Source of the DNA: Nitrospirota bacterium
Lineage (GTDB): Bacteria; Nitrospirota; UBA9217
Direction: 5' to 3'
Length of the DNA: 64,000 nt
Assembly (NCBI GenBank): GCA_029858565.1
Contig: JAOUEV010000003.1
Location: 32,001 to 96,000, forward strand
A program made the position numbers and the translations under genes. Of this stretch, positions 62,932-64,000 are shown in pieces (the stretch's first letter is position 1; the number at the start of each line of letters is the position of its first letter). The notes under the pieces are model-generated. The model had not been told where the DNA came from, ran no database searches, and saw only the letters and a list, made by a program, of their open reading frames with translations.

Positions 62932-63840
62932 ATGAATTTCCCTCCACCTACAGCTGAAGATATCAAGGTGCTGTTTCCTCAGTTCCAGGAAGTCCGCTTC
63001 CTTAAAACTGGCGGTTTTAAAGCAGTTTACAAGGCTGTTGTAAAGGACAGACCAGAAGCCTTCAAGCTTGTTTACGTTCCGGAAGTGAATGGAGTCGATC
63101 CGGAAGTTGCTAAGGAAATCCGAAAAGAATCGCTCGGAAGAATTACGCGAGAAATAAAAATACTTAATAACTGCAAGTCCCCAGAAATAGTGAAACTCGG
63201 TTCTATGCAACCATCTCCCGTCTCAATTGGGGGGCGTGAATATATCGCGTACTCTGAGGAGTATCTTGATGGGAATGCGCTGAGGGAGTTAATTAATCAA
63301 TCAACAAAACCGACAGAAGATGATATTCGAGCCCTATTTCTGAGTCTGCTTAAAGCTATTCGTGAACTTTGGTCTTTCAATGTTATCCATCGAGACATAA
63401 AACCTGATAACGTTATGAAGCTAAATCAAAAAGATAGACGATTTGTGGTTCTTGATCTGGGGATTGCATTTTCCCCTGCCGATACTCCACTTACCTTCGA
63501 TGCATCGCATCGTTTGCCACCGGGAACGTTTCGCTATATTGCACCCGAAATGCTCCAGCCGGGATTCCGCGATTCAATAGATTTCAGAAGCGACATTTAT
63601 ACCGCAGCAATGACTGTTTATGAATATGCTGCTTGGCAACACCCGCTTGCTAAGGATAAAGATGATCTTATCGCAACACTATCGCGAATCGTTCGCGAGT
63701 CTCCTAAGTCACTAAAAGAACATAGGCCAGATCTTTCTCAGTTGGTTATAGGAACGGTAGATCAAATGCTAAAAAAGATACCAGCATTAAGGCCTTCAAA
63801 CATAAATATGCTAATCGATAAATTAGAGAGAAACATATGA
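62932..63840 (+). CDS. Hanks-type Ser/Thr protein kinase (soluble, kinase domain only)
   Basis: GGFKAVY, AFK, REI, IHRDIKPDN, DLGIA, GTFRYIAPE, SDIY; low GC; RBS AGGAG. Confidence 0.92.
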   Translation: MNFPPPTAEDIKVLFPQFQEVRFLKTGGFKAVYKAVVKDRPEAFKLVYVPEVNGVDPEVAKEIRKESLGRITREIKILNNCKSPEIVKLGSMQPSPVSIGGREYIAYSEEYLDGNALRELINQSTKPTEDDIRALFLSLLKAIRELWSFNVIHRDIKPDNVMKLNQKDRRFVVLDLGIAFSPADTPLTFDASHRLPPGTFRYIAPEMLQPGFRDSIDFRSDIYTAAMTVYEYAAWQHPLAKDKDDLIATLSRIVRESPKSLKEHRPDLSQLVIGTVDQMLKKIPALRPSNINMLIDKLERNI

Positions 63841-64000
63841 AACTATATGCGCAACACGGATATGGGGAAGGTGAAAAAATAAGCCAAGGACTGCAAAAAG
63901 GATTAATTTCTGGTGTTGTCTATGGCGCAAAGGATATAAACCCAGACCGGCTTAGGGAACGACTAGGTGGGATTGCCACTAGTATGCCAACTGCCGGTAG
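63837..64000 (+). CDS. Hypothetical protein coupled to the kinase (partial)
   Basis: ATGA overlap; MKLYAQHGYGEGEKISQGLQKGLISGVVYGAKDINPDRL..., open to the window end. Confidence 0.7.
   Translation, partial: MKLYAQHGYGEGEKISQGLQKGLISGVVYGAKDINPDRLRERLGGIATSMPTAG

Overview
A GC-rich bacterial chromosomal window. The gene set and order suggest an anaerobic diderm such as a Nitrospirota/Desulfobacterota relative (inference only). Most of it is housekeeping: amidase-GerMN-murI-folC-lptD-cutA, an M23 peptidase, csp, secA, an Omp85 gene, sppA, recN, cysK and a desulfurase, uppS-cdsA-dxr-rseP-ispG-proS, a GspE-type ATPase, mdh, a split fumarase and apt. Four accessory or hidden elements stand out. 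(1) At 15.9-22.8 kb a low-GC, integrase-less array of minus-strand genes (AIPR, RusA-like, two HEPN-like) is separated by attC-like sites, one of which is split by an intact antisense group IIC intron at TTGT/T. (2) At 54165-54419 a NifU-like gene that the ORF track truncates at the TGA has a CxxU motif and a SECIS-like hairpin after an in-frame TGA, so it is a probable selenoprotein. (3) An array of DnaA-box-like 9-mers at a 12-bp period lies inside a coding region at about 4.3 kb. (4) Four toxin-antitoxin modules sit between core genes, and a low-GC Ser/Thr kinase island begins at the right edge. Short-repeat intergenic hairpins and GTAG-type REP-like elements are common. I found no tRNA, rRNA, CRISPR array or integrase. 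All family calls come from motif recognition by eye, not database searches.
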